In this document: piece after piece, positions 31,498 through 39,238 of the stretch
How positions within the stretch are numbered: position 1 is the first letter of the stretch
Layout of the letters: the number at the start of each line of letters is the position of its first letter
Made by a program: the position numbers and the translations under genes
Notes under the pieces: generated by a model
What the model was told of the DNA's origin: nothing
The model's database searches: none
Seen by the model: only the letters and a program-made list of their open reading frames with translations
DNA from: Candidatus Dormiibacterota bacterium
GTDB taxonomy: Bacteria > Chloroflexota > Dormibacteria > Dormibacterales > Dormibacteraceae
DNA: 64,000 nucleotides
Assembly (NCBI GenBank): GCA_035937155.1
Contig: DASYVJ010000058.1
Coordinates: 1,938 to 65,937 of the forward strand
Reading direction: 5' to 3'

Positions 31498-33216
31498 CTA
31501 CGCCAGGACTTCGTCTTCAGCGACAGCCCCCTCCAGAGCTACTTCCGGGTGCCGCAACACATAGATCTCCTCTGGTCGGTCGTGGCCTTCCAGCCGCCTC
31601 TTGCCGACGCTGACCAGCTGGATGTCGTCCCGCAGGATGTCGGCCACGATCGAGTACGTCGTCTCCGAGACCAGGACCTGGTTGCCGATCGCGCGACGCC
31701 GCAGCTTGGCGCAGCGGTTGACGGCGGGCGATCGATAGTCGCGGTCCTGCGCGTCGGCCTCGCCGGTGAGTATGGCCATCCGCACGCTGATCTGGATTCT
31801 GTCCCTCCAGGGCTCGGACAGGATCGCCTCCTGCGCGTCAAGAGCAGCGGCCACAGCGTCTGTCGCGCGCAGGAACACGGCGAAAAAGATGTCGCCTTCA
31901 CCTCGCTCCTTGATGACGACTCCGCCGTTGGCTTCGATCGCAGCGCTGAGCAGCTGATCGTGCCGCCGCATCGCTGCGTACATCTCAGCGCGGCTGTGAA
32001 TCCACAGCACGGTGGACTCGACGACATCGGTCATCAGGAACGTGACGATCCCATCCGGCAGCGAGTTCGCCGTCTCGGCCGCGATGGAAGCTGGAGGGCG
32101 CGTGCCGCGCGCAGCCTCCACACCGGGTTTGGCGATCGTCGTCGCCACCGCCAGGTACTCGTCGATGGAATTGGCGCGCCGGAAGAAGTGGACGTTGTAT
32201 GACGGCAGGAAGCTCCAGGTCGAATAGTCGGGGTCCATCTCGGAGTCACGACAGACCTCCGGCGATAGCGCAAGCAGCCGGCCGAGCTTGACTGTCGCGA
32301 GCTCATCCAGATTCAGCTCCCGCCCCACCTCTTCGCTCGTCAACCGGTGGTTTTCCTGGTCTGCCGCGACGGCCAGGCGCACGGCCTGGACGAAGTTGTC
32401 GAGGTCGCGCTGTGCATTGCGGCATCGGTGTAGCTGCTCGAGCGTCAGCGTCACCTCCGAGTCGGCGCTAATGGCGCCGACGGCGCCGTTGGCGCCGTTC
32501 CAGCCGTTGCTCACCGGAGTCGCCGCGAACATAGCGGCGACGCGCTCGAAGCTGTCCTCGATGGCGAGCTCTCGCGTCATCCGCTGATACACGTCGCCGA
32601 GAGTTGGCCATTGGCCGGTGGCCACAAAGTTGTAGGCCACCATCTGCTCGAACAACCACGCGGATCCGCCAAGCGCAAGGTCGAGGCTCAGGGCCACCTG
32701 CAGGAAGTCAACCGTTGTGCGGTAGAGCTCCTGCACAAAGCTCAGAGCGCTTACACCGACAACCTTGATTTCACGGTCCAGCCCGAGTGAAGAGTTGTGC
32801 TTGGATGTGCCGTCCGCGTACGTGAAGGCCTCGACCGCGACCAGGTCGCCGTGATTGCGCAGTCTGAGGCGAGTCTGCGAAACCCGCGGGCCCGGTCCAA
32901 AGACGTTCGCGCTGTCCGCCACGTGGACGTGGCCGCCGACGCCCCACGCTTTCTGAATGGGCGCGCGCAGGTCGGACACAAGCGAGTAGCAGCGCTGGAT
33001 GAACGCCAGCGCTTCCTTGCCCTCAGCCGTGTCGTAACGATCCTGCCGCACGACGCGCAGGTCGTCCTCCCAGGCTGCGGTGATCGCGCCCCGCAGCCCA
33101 ACGATGCCTGGCTGCACCGCCCCTTCCTTTCGGGCCGAAATGAAGACCTTTCCCCTGGCCCGGCTGCAAAGAGTAGCCGCCTCATGGCCAGGTGGGACCC
33201 CTTTTCGGGCCCGCAA
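31498..33216 (-). CDS. protein with an unknown N-terminal region fused to a C-terminal class III adenylate/guanylate cyclase domain
   Basis: The C-terminal ~190 aa carry 'IVTFLMTDVVESTVLW', 'GEGDIFFAVF', 'VRMAILTGEA' and 'SPAVNRCAKLRRRAIGNQVLVSETTY'. No motif was recognised in the N-terminal ~380 aa. The start is uncertain. Confidence 0.8.
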   Translation of the reverse strand: MRARKGVPPGHEAATLCSRARGKVFISARKEGAVQPGIVGLRGAITAAWEDDLRVVRQDRYDTAEGKEALAFIQRCYSLVSDLRAPIQKAWGVGGHVHVADSANVFGPGPRVSQTRLRLRNHGDLVAVEAFTYADGTSKHNSSLGLDREIKVVGVSALSFVQELYRTTVDFLQVALSLDLALGGSAWLFEQMVAYNFVATGQWPTLGDVYQRMTRELAIEDSFERVAAMFAATPVSNGWNGANGAVGAISADSEVTLTLEQLHRCRNAQRDLDNFVQAVRLAVAADQENHRLTSEEVGRELNLDELATVKLGRLLALSPEVCRDSEMDPDYSTWSFLPSYNVHFFRRANSIDEYLAVATTIAKPGVEAARGTRPPASIAAETANSLPDGIVTFLMTDVVESTVLWIHSRAEMYAAMRRHDQLLSAAIEANGGVVIKERGEGDIFFAVFLRATDAVAAALDAQEAILSEPWRDRIQISVRMAILTGEADAQDRDYRSPAVNRCAKLRRRAIGNQVLVSETTYSIVADILRDDIQLVSVGKRRLEGHDRPEEIYVLRHPEVALEGAVAEDEVLA

Positions 33217-33356
33217 AATGCGAGTCGGACGTGGTTTTGCGCTATCGGCGCGCTTGCCCGTACCTCAGACTTTCCGCAGTGACGCTTGACCCCGCGGTCC
33301 AAGCCCCTACGAAGAAGCCAACGCGCGTCCCGGGCCCTCGGGTCGCTACAGGGCGG

Positions 33357-35825
33357 ATGCCAAAGCCGCCGAGGCGGCTGCGGACCGCTCTCAACGCGAT
33401 CGCGGCCGTCATCGTCTCCGCCGCGTTGCTCTACGCCGCTTTCTTCGGCGCCGGACCTCTACCCGCGCTGGGCCCCGCCTTCAACCCGGCCACCGGGGCG
33501 TGGACAATGGCCGCCGAGGCAACCATCAACAGCCAGACGCTACGCCTGGCCGGGCTTCAGCAGCCGGTCAAAGTCACTCTCGAGAGCGATGGCACGAGTC
33601 ACATCGTGGCCCAGACCGACCACGACCTCTTCGTTGCGACCGGCTATGTTCACGCTCGCTTCCGGCTGTTCCAGATGGACCTCTTGCGCAGGCAGGGAGA
33701 AGGACGCCTGTCCGAGGTTGTCGGCAAAGCCGCCCTCGACAGCGACCGCTTCGAGCTGCAGCTCGGTCTGCTGCGCACGGCCCAAGCCGAATGGAACGCA
33801 CTCGCGGCGGACAACCCATCGCGCCTGGCCATAACCGCATACGCGCAAGGTGTGAACGACCGGATCACCGAGGCCGAGGCCCAGCGCCAGCTCCCGGCCA
33901 TGTTCACGCTGCTCGGCTATCACCCGAAGCCGTGGACGCCCATCGACACGCTCATTGTCAAAGGCGACATGACGCAGACGCTCAACTTCACCGACACACC
34001 GCTGGTGATGGCATTGCTGGAAAAATCCCTCGGCGCCGACCTGACCGCGAGCTGGTTTCCGATCCTGGCGTCAAACCATCAGTCTCCATACGATCCCGGC
34101 CCGTATCCGGCTCACCCGACCGTTGCGCCCATCGCCGCGATGGCGCAGGTCACCGACGCGGCGGCCGTGGCAGCTGCGGATGCCTATCAGCGGCTCGCCT
34201 CACTGCCGGCAGGTCTCGTCGCCACGGGCGGAGCGAGCAACAACTGGGCCGTCGGCGCTGCGAAGAGCGCGAGCGGCGGGGCCCTGATGGCCGGCGACCC
34301 CCACCTTCACCTGACGCTGCCCGCGATCTGGTACCAGCTGACCCAGGATTCGCCGGGCTTCCACTCGAGCGGGGTCAGCATTCCGGGAACGCCAGGAGTG
34401 CTGATTGGCCACAACCAGCACATCGCGTGGAGCCTGACGGACGCACAGAACCAGCAGACCTTCTTCTACCTGGAGCATGAGGACTCAGCCCACCCGGGCG
34501 CTTACCTCTGGAAGGGCGGCTGGCAGCAGTACAAGACGGTCAGCTACGACATCCCGGTGCTCGGGGGCCCGACGGAGCACCTCGCGGTCAAGCTGAGCGT
34601 GCACGGGCCAGTCATCACCGAACGCGGCCAGACCACGTCGGTGTGGTGGGCGGGCAACATTCCCTCGCAGGACTTTGATGTGTTGCTCGGCATCAACCAG
34701 GCGAACGACTACCAGTCCTTCCGCGACGCGCTGCGAGGTTGGCATTCTCCGACGCACAACTTCGTCTACTCGGACGACCGCGGGAATATCGGGATGATCT
34801 CAGCCGGCTACTACCCGCAGGTCGCGGCAGGCCAGCCGTGGTTGCCCATGCCGGGAACGGGTGAGTACGACGTGACCGGCACCATCCCGTTCGACGACAT
34901 CCCGCAGGCGTACAACCCGCCCGACAACATCATCTGGTCCGCCAACCAGCGCCAGGTCACAGCCGACTACCCGTACTACATCGGCACAGCTTCGAACTTC
35001 TTCGAGCCCCCATATCGCTCGAACGAGATCTATCGCGTGCTGAGTCAGAGCGGAAAGCTCAGCGCGGCCGACATGATGGCGCTGCAAACCGATACGCGCG
35101 ACTACCTCGCTTCGGAGATCACGCCTGTGCTGCTCGACGCCCTCTCGAACGCTGGATCTAGCGGAGCGGCGCAGCAGGCCTCGCTTCTCATGGCGAAGTG
35201 GGACTACCGGATGGAGACGGACTCGGCCGCCGCGACCATCTGGTGGACGTTCTGGCAGTCGTATCTGAGCGAAACGTTCGACCCGTACTGGAAATCGCGG
35301 AACGTGCCCGTCAACCGCTACGAGGTCAAAGACGCGCTAGGGCAGGATCTCGAGGCGTGGACACTCGGGGATCAGACGAACCCGGCGTTTACTTATGGCG
35401 GCACATCGCACACGGCTGTCGACGTGATGCGAATTGCGTTCACATCGGCGGTCTCAACTTTGACCAAGCGGCTGGGCCCCGACCCCAACACGTGGACCTG
35501 GGGCAAGGTCCACCCGCGTGAGCTGGAGAACCTGGCGCAGATCAGCGGGCTCAACTACGGCCCGCGGCCGGACCGTGGCGACGCCTACACGCCCCTTGCG
35601 GCGCCGGACTTCCCCTCAACGCATGGACCGAGCTGGCGGATGGTCGTCGACTGGGGCGCCGGCACGTTCCAGGGCATCTATCCCGGCGGCCAGAGCGAGA
35701 ACCCGGCTTCGCAGTGGTACGAGAACCGCGTCGACACGTGGTGGAGCGGCAAGTACGCCGCGATGCTGAGCGCCGACGCCGCCGCTTCGTCCAGCGGTGC
35801 GAAGGCGTGGAGCTTGAAGCCATGA
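33357..35825 (+). CDS. penicillin acylase-family (Ntn hydrolase, S45) protein
   Basis: Internal ATG at 33357 followed by a TM/signal segment. 'GYVHARFRLFQMDLLRRQGEGRLSEVVG' and the autoprocessing site 'GGASNNWAV'. Confidence 0.9.
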   Translation: MPKPPRRLRTALNAIAAVIVSAALLYAAFFGAGPLPALGPAFNPATGAWTMAAEATINSQTLRLAGLQQPVKVTLESDGTSHIVAQTDHDLFVATGYVHARFRLFQMDLLRRQGEGRLSEVVGKAALDSDRFELQLGLLRTAQAEWNALAADNPSRLAITAYAQGVNDRITEAEAQRQLPAMFTLLGYHPKPWTPIDTLIVKGDMTQTLNFTDTPLVMALLEKSLGADLTASWFPILASNHQSPYDPGPYPAHPTVAPIAAMAQVTDAAAVAAADAYQRLASLPAGLVATGGASNNWAVGAAKSASGGALMAGDPHLHLTLPAIWYQLTQDSPGFHSSGVSIPGTPGVLIGHNQHIAWSLTDAQNQQTFFYLEHEDSAHPGAYLWKGGWQQYKTVSYDIPVLGGPTEHLAVKLSVHGPVITERGQTTSVWWAGNIPSQDFDVLLGINQANDYQSFRDALRGWHSPTHNFVYSDDRGNIGMISAGYYPQVAAGQPWLPMPGTGEYDVTGTIPFDDIPQAYNPPDNIIWSANQRQVTADYPYYIGTASNFFEPPYRSNEIYRVLSQSGKLSAADMMALQTDTRDYLASEITPVLLDALSNAGSSGAAQQASLLMAKWDYRMETDSAAATIWWTFWQSYLSETFDPYWKSRNVPVNRYEVKDALGQDLEAWTLGDQTNPAFTYGGTSHTAVDVMRIAFTSAVSTLTKRLGPDPNTWTWGKVHPRELENLAQISGLNYGPRPDRGDAYTPLAAPDFPSTHGPSWRMVVDWGAGTFQGIYPGGQSENPASQWYENRVDTWWSGKYAAMLSADAAASSSGAKAWSLKP

Positions 35826-36178
35826 AGTTCGTCGTGGTGGCGGTGGTCGTGCTCGCCGCGCTGGGCGTGGACTTCGGCATCTGGTGGGCTCCCTTCATCG
35901 CGGGCGCTGTCATCGGGATCACAGATCCTCGGGCACGTGTCGCGATACCGACCGGGGCGGGAATCGGACTCCTCATGTGGGGGTACCCGCTGGCGGTGAT
36001 CCATTTCAAGGTCGGGCTCGCACCCGCGGCCCAAAGCCTCGCCGCCATCATGGGGTTCGGGCACCAGGGGGTAATTCCCGTAATCCTCACCTGCGTGGTT
36101 GGGCTGCTCCTCGGGCTGTGCGGCGCATGGCTTGGCTCCGCCGGCCGGACGCTCCTTCAGCCGGCGATTTCGCGGTAA
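35822..36178 (+). CDS. hypothetical membrane protein (118 aa)
   Basis: ATGA overlap with the acylase stop. 'MKFVVVAVVVLAALGVDFGIWWAPFIAGAVIGI'. Confidence 0.6.
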   Translation: MKFVVVAVVVLAALGVDFGIWWAPFIAGAVIGITDPRARVAIPTGAGIGLLMWGYPLAVIHFKVGLAPAAQSLAAIMGFGHQGVIPVILTCVVGLLLGLCGAWLGSAGRTLLQPAISR

Positions 36179-36933
36179 AGCGCTTCCGTCTCATCCGATG
36201 GCGAGACGCCCAGCTCGAGTTTCAACAACCGGCTGCACTCGAGATAGACGCGAATAGCCTCCGCCCGGTCGCCCTTGCGATCCAGCATGCGCATCAGCCG
36301 TCGGTACCCCGACTCGCGGTACGGCTCCAGCCGAACCACCTCGCGCGCATGATCGAGGGCTAGCTGGAGCTCGTTGTTCGCCGCGAGCGCCTCCACCCTG
36401 CAGTCGAGGGCCCTGACGAGAGCTGAGGCGAGCGAAAAGCGACGCCCCTCCGCCCACGCCCCGTCGTCTCCAGGCAGGAACGGCCGGCGCAGGATGGTGG
36501 TCGCGATGAGCGACGGGCCGTAGGCCGCCTGGGCATTGCCGGCGACGAGTGCGCCCTCCGCGACATCGACCCCGGCGAGCGCGGCCTCGACGTCGACCCA
36601 CGTCTCTCCGGGCGGAGTGAATTGGTAGCAGCCGAAGGCGTTGCCGATGATGTGAGACCGCGGCATGCCCACCCCGGCAAGACGCGACCGCAGCCTGCTG
36701 ACGATCGCGCTCAGCGCCAGGGTCCAGGAGGCGGGCAGCGATTCTGACCACAACGCCTCGGCGATCTCGGCCTGCGTGACCGCGCGCTTGCGCTCGGTGA
36801 CCAGGTAGGCAAGCACGAACCGGCCTTGGGGCCCGCCCAGCTGCGACTCGCGCAGCAGGCGCCCGCCGTTCTCGACCTGGACCTCCCCGGTAAGGTAGAT
36901 CCTCAAGCTAGACGCTTCCCAAACATTCCCCAA
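36157..36933 (-). CDS. AfsR/SARP-family transcriptional regulator (winged helix plus BTAD)
   Basis: 'LRIYLTGEVQVENGGRLL...QGRFVLAYLV' followed by the BTAD segment 'LEPYRESGYRRLMRMLDRKGDRAEAIRVYLECSRLLKLELGVSPSDETEALYREI'. Confidence 0.85.
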   Translation of the reverse strand: MGNVWEASSLRIYLTGEVQVENGGRLLRESQLGGPQGRFVLAYLVTERKRAVTQAEIAEALWSESLPASWTLALSAIVSRLRSRLAGVGMPRSHIIGNAFGCYQFTPPGETWVDVEAALAGVDVAEGALVAGNAQAAYGPSLIATTILRRPFLPGDDGAWAEGRRFSLASALVRALDCRVEALAANNELQLALDHAREVVRLEPYRESGYRRLMRMLDRKGDRAEAIRVYLECSRLLKLELGVSPSDETEALYREIAG

Positions 36934-36984
36934 ACCCCGCCGGCCAAGATGCTAACGCCGGGCCGGCAAGCCAAAAGGAGACAG

Positions 36985-37137
36985 ATGAAGAAGCGAGTCG
37001 AATGTGAATGCGGTTGGGTGCTCGAGACTGACGACGAGGAGAAGCTCGTGAAAGGCGTGCAGGACCATGCCAGCGAGGTTCACCACATGCAGGGCGTCAC
37101 CCGAGAGCAGGTCCTGGCCCAAGCCAAACCCGTCTAA
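36985..37137 (+). CDS. DUF1059 small metal-binding-like protein (50 aa)
   Basis: AAGGAG lies 4 nt upstream of ATG 36985. 'MKKRVECECGWVLETDDEEKLVKGVQDHASEVHHM'. Confidence 0.7.
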   Translation: MKKRVECECGWVLETDDEEKLVKGVQDHASEVHHMQGVTREQVLAQAKPV

Positions 37138-37172
37138 CACGCCGCCTCCGGCGGCGAACAAAAGGAGTCCAC

Positions 37173-37520
37173 GTGAAATACCTCTACCTTCTCTATGCCG
37201 ACGAGTCGAAGATGCCCGCTCCAGGCACCCCGGCTTTCAACGCGCAGAACGATGCCTTCAACAACTACTTCGCCGAGATCGACGGCAAGGGCATGTTCAA
37301 GGCGGGCGATCCGGTGCAGGGGTCGAACACCTCCAAGACCGTTCGCGTCCGCAACCACTCGACCGAGGCGACCTCGGGACCCTTCAACAAGAGCGGCGAC
37401 CAGCTGGTGGGCTTCTACGTGGTCGAGGCCAAAGACATTGACGACGCGGTCGCTTACGCAGCCAAGTGTCCGGCGGCCAGCGGCGGAGCCGTGGAGGTCC
37501 GCCCGATCTTCTCGATGTAG
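37173..37520 (+). CDS. YciI-family protein
   Basis: 'MKYLYLLYADES...GPFNKSGDQLVGFYVVEAKDIDDAVAYAAKCP'. Confidence 0.85.
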   Translation: MKYLYLLYADESKMPAPGTPAFNAQNDAFNNYFAEIDGKGMFKAGDPVQGSNTSKTVRVRNHSTEATSGPFNKSGDQLVGFYVVEAKDIDDAVAYAAKCPAASGGAVEVRPIFSM

Positions 37521-37586
37521 CCTGTCGGGCCGGCGGCAATCCGTCGCCGGCCCGCAAACCCCTGCGTTGACGCAGGGAGCGACAGG
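37521..37586 (+). promoter_or_regulatory. 66-nt element able to form a three-stem junction, between the yciI-like gene and the permease
   Basis: Outer stem CCTGTCG (37521-27) pairs with CGACAGG (37580-86). Hairpin 1 is CGGGCCGGCG (37526-35) with CGCCGGCCCG (37545-54). Hairpin 2 is CCCTGCG (37560-66) with CGCAGGG (37571-77), loop TTGA. Confidence 0.35.
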
Positions 37587-37646
37587 TGATAGGTTCGGCG
37601 CGACTTCTGTAACAAACGTTTCGGGCGGCGCAAGCCGAGGAGGGGG

Positions 37647-39191
37647 TTGCAGTTGAGCGTGCCAAATCCGGCCGACCATGCCGACGTTCAGGATCTCGCA
37701 AGGTTCGGCTACCAGCAGGAGCTGAAGCGCGTGCTGGGGGTCTACTCCAGCTTTGCCGTCGCGTTCTCTTATATCTCCCCGTCGACCGGCATCTTCACCC
37801 TCTTCATCCTGGGCATCGGGCTGGCTGGGCCAGCCTTTTTCTGGAGCTGGCCCATCGTTGTAGTCGGGCAGCTGCTCGTCGGGCTCAACTTCGCCGAGGT
37901 GAGCTCGCATTTTCCGGTCGCCGGCTCCGTCTACCAGTGGACCAAATACCTCTCCAACCGGACCTATGCGTGGTTCACCGGCTGGATCTACCTGTTTGCC
38001 GGCGTGCTCACGATCGCCGCGGTGGTGGCAACTGTTCCGCTCGTCCTCATCCCTCTGCTGAACAACCTGGGCCTGAACATTCCCAGCGACCCGGATGCCC
38101 AGCGCAACACGGCCGCGATCGTGCTGTTGAGCACCACGCTACTGAGCATCTTCGGTGTGAGGATCGTCGCCTTCGTCAACAACACCGGAGTCGTTTTCGA
38201 GATTCTGGGCATGGTCGTGTTCGCGCTGGTCCTCTTGCTCTTCTATCACCACCAGTCGGTTTCGGTGTTCTTCGACACGAGTTACCTCGGCTCCACCAAC
38301 GCTCCAGGCGTCTTCCTTGCGGCCATGTTCATGTCACTTTTCGTGGTCTATGGCTTTGACACCGCGAGCACGCTCGCGGAGGAGACCAAGAACCCACGAC
38401 GCGAGGCGCCGCGCGCTGTCATCGCATCGATCATTGGCGCCGCCATCATCGGCGCGATCTTCCTGTTCGCCACCGTGATCGCCGTGCCGGGGGACATGGG
38501 CAAGTTCATCTCTGACATCGGCGCCGGCAAGATTCCGTTCCCGCTCGTCACCATCATCGAATCGAACTTCCCGGGTTGGGCCGCTAACCTGTACCTGTTC
38601 GTCGTCTTTGCCGCCATCTACGTCTGCTGTCTTGCGATCCAGACCTCGACGATCCGGCTCGCCTTCGGCATGGCGCGCGACGGCAAGCTACCTCTGGCGA
38701 AGTACTACAACAACGTCAGCCCGAGCCTCCACACGCCGATCGGCACCTGCATCGTGATCGGCGTCCTGGCCGGTCTTCCGCTTATCTACTACGCAGGCGC
38801 CGGCACCATCGCGATCGGCGCGACCGGGATGATCTATCTCTCGTACATCCTGGGCAACATCGCGATCCTCTTCGCTCGATTCCGCGGCTGGCCGAAGGAG
38901 TCGACGCCCTTCAAGCTCGGCAGCTGGGGCACCATCGTCAACGTGCTCGCCCTCGTGTGGGGCATCGCTATGGAGATCAACTTCCTGTGGCCGCGCAATG
39001 CCAGCGTCGGCGGTCAGAACCCACCCCTCAGCGCGCTGCCGAACGTAACCATCGGCAGCCCCATCGGCGATATTCCAGTCTTCGAGTTCACCCTTGGGGT
39101 GATCCTGCTCGTGGGCTTGATTTACTACGTGGTCGCCCAGCGCAACGCGCCTGAGACACCGGCGATCCAAGCCTCTCAATCTGCCGCGTAG
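37647..39191 (+). CDS. APC-superfamily amino acid permease
   Basis: About 12 TM helices. N-terminal 'LKRVLGVYSSFAVAFSYISPSTGIFTLF' is typical. TTG start 6 nt after GAGGAGGGGG. Confidence 0.9.
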   Translation: MQLSVPNPADHADVQDLARFGYQQELKRVLGVYSSFAVAFSYISPSTGIFTLFILGIGLAGPAFFWSWPIVVVGQLLVGLNFAEVSSHFPVAGSVYQWTKYLSNRTYAWFTGWIYLFAGVLTIAAVVATVPLVLIPLLNNLGLNIPSDPDAQRNTAAIVLLSTTLLSIFGVRIVAFVNNTGVVFEILGMVVFALVLLLFYHHQSVSVFFDTSYLGSTNAPGVFLAAMFMSLFVVYGFDTASTLAEETKNPRREAPRAVIASIIGAAIIGAIFLFATVIAVPGDMGKFISDIGAGKIPFPLVTIIESNFPGWAANLYLFVVFAAIYVCCLAIQTSTIRLAFGMARDGKLPLAKYYNNVSPSLHTPIGTCIVIGVLAGLPLIYYAGAGTIAIGATGMIYLSYILGNIAILFARFRGWPKESTPFKLGSWGTIVNVLALVWGIAMEINFLWPRNASVGGQNPPLSALPNVTIGSPIGDIPVFEFTLGVILLVGLIYYVVAQRNAPETPAIQASQSAA

Positions 39192-39192
39192 C

Positions 39193-39238
39193 AGATAAGT
39201 CCCCTCCCCCGCGTCAGCGGGGGAGGGTAGGGTGGGGG
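39193..39238. repeat. family-2 GC-rich hairpin repeat
   Basis: 'ataagtCCCCTCCCCCGCgtcaGCGGGGGAGGGTAGGGTGGGGG': an 11-bp stem starting 2 nt after the permease stop. Confidence 0.7.

Noticed and set aside
30469-33216. Cyclase plus downstream membrane protein as a Pycsar-type defence system
   Set aside because: The downstream gene is a typical 10-TM two-repeat EamA/DMT transporter, not a short 2-4-TM or TIR effector. The cyclase carries a large N-terminal region, unlike compact PycC proteins. It is kept only as a low-probability note in the cyclase finding.
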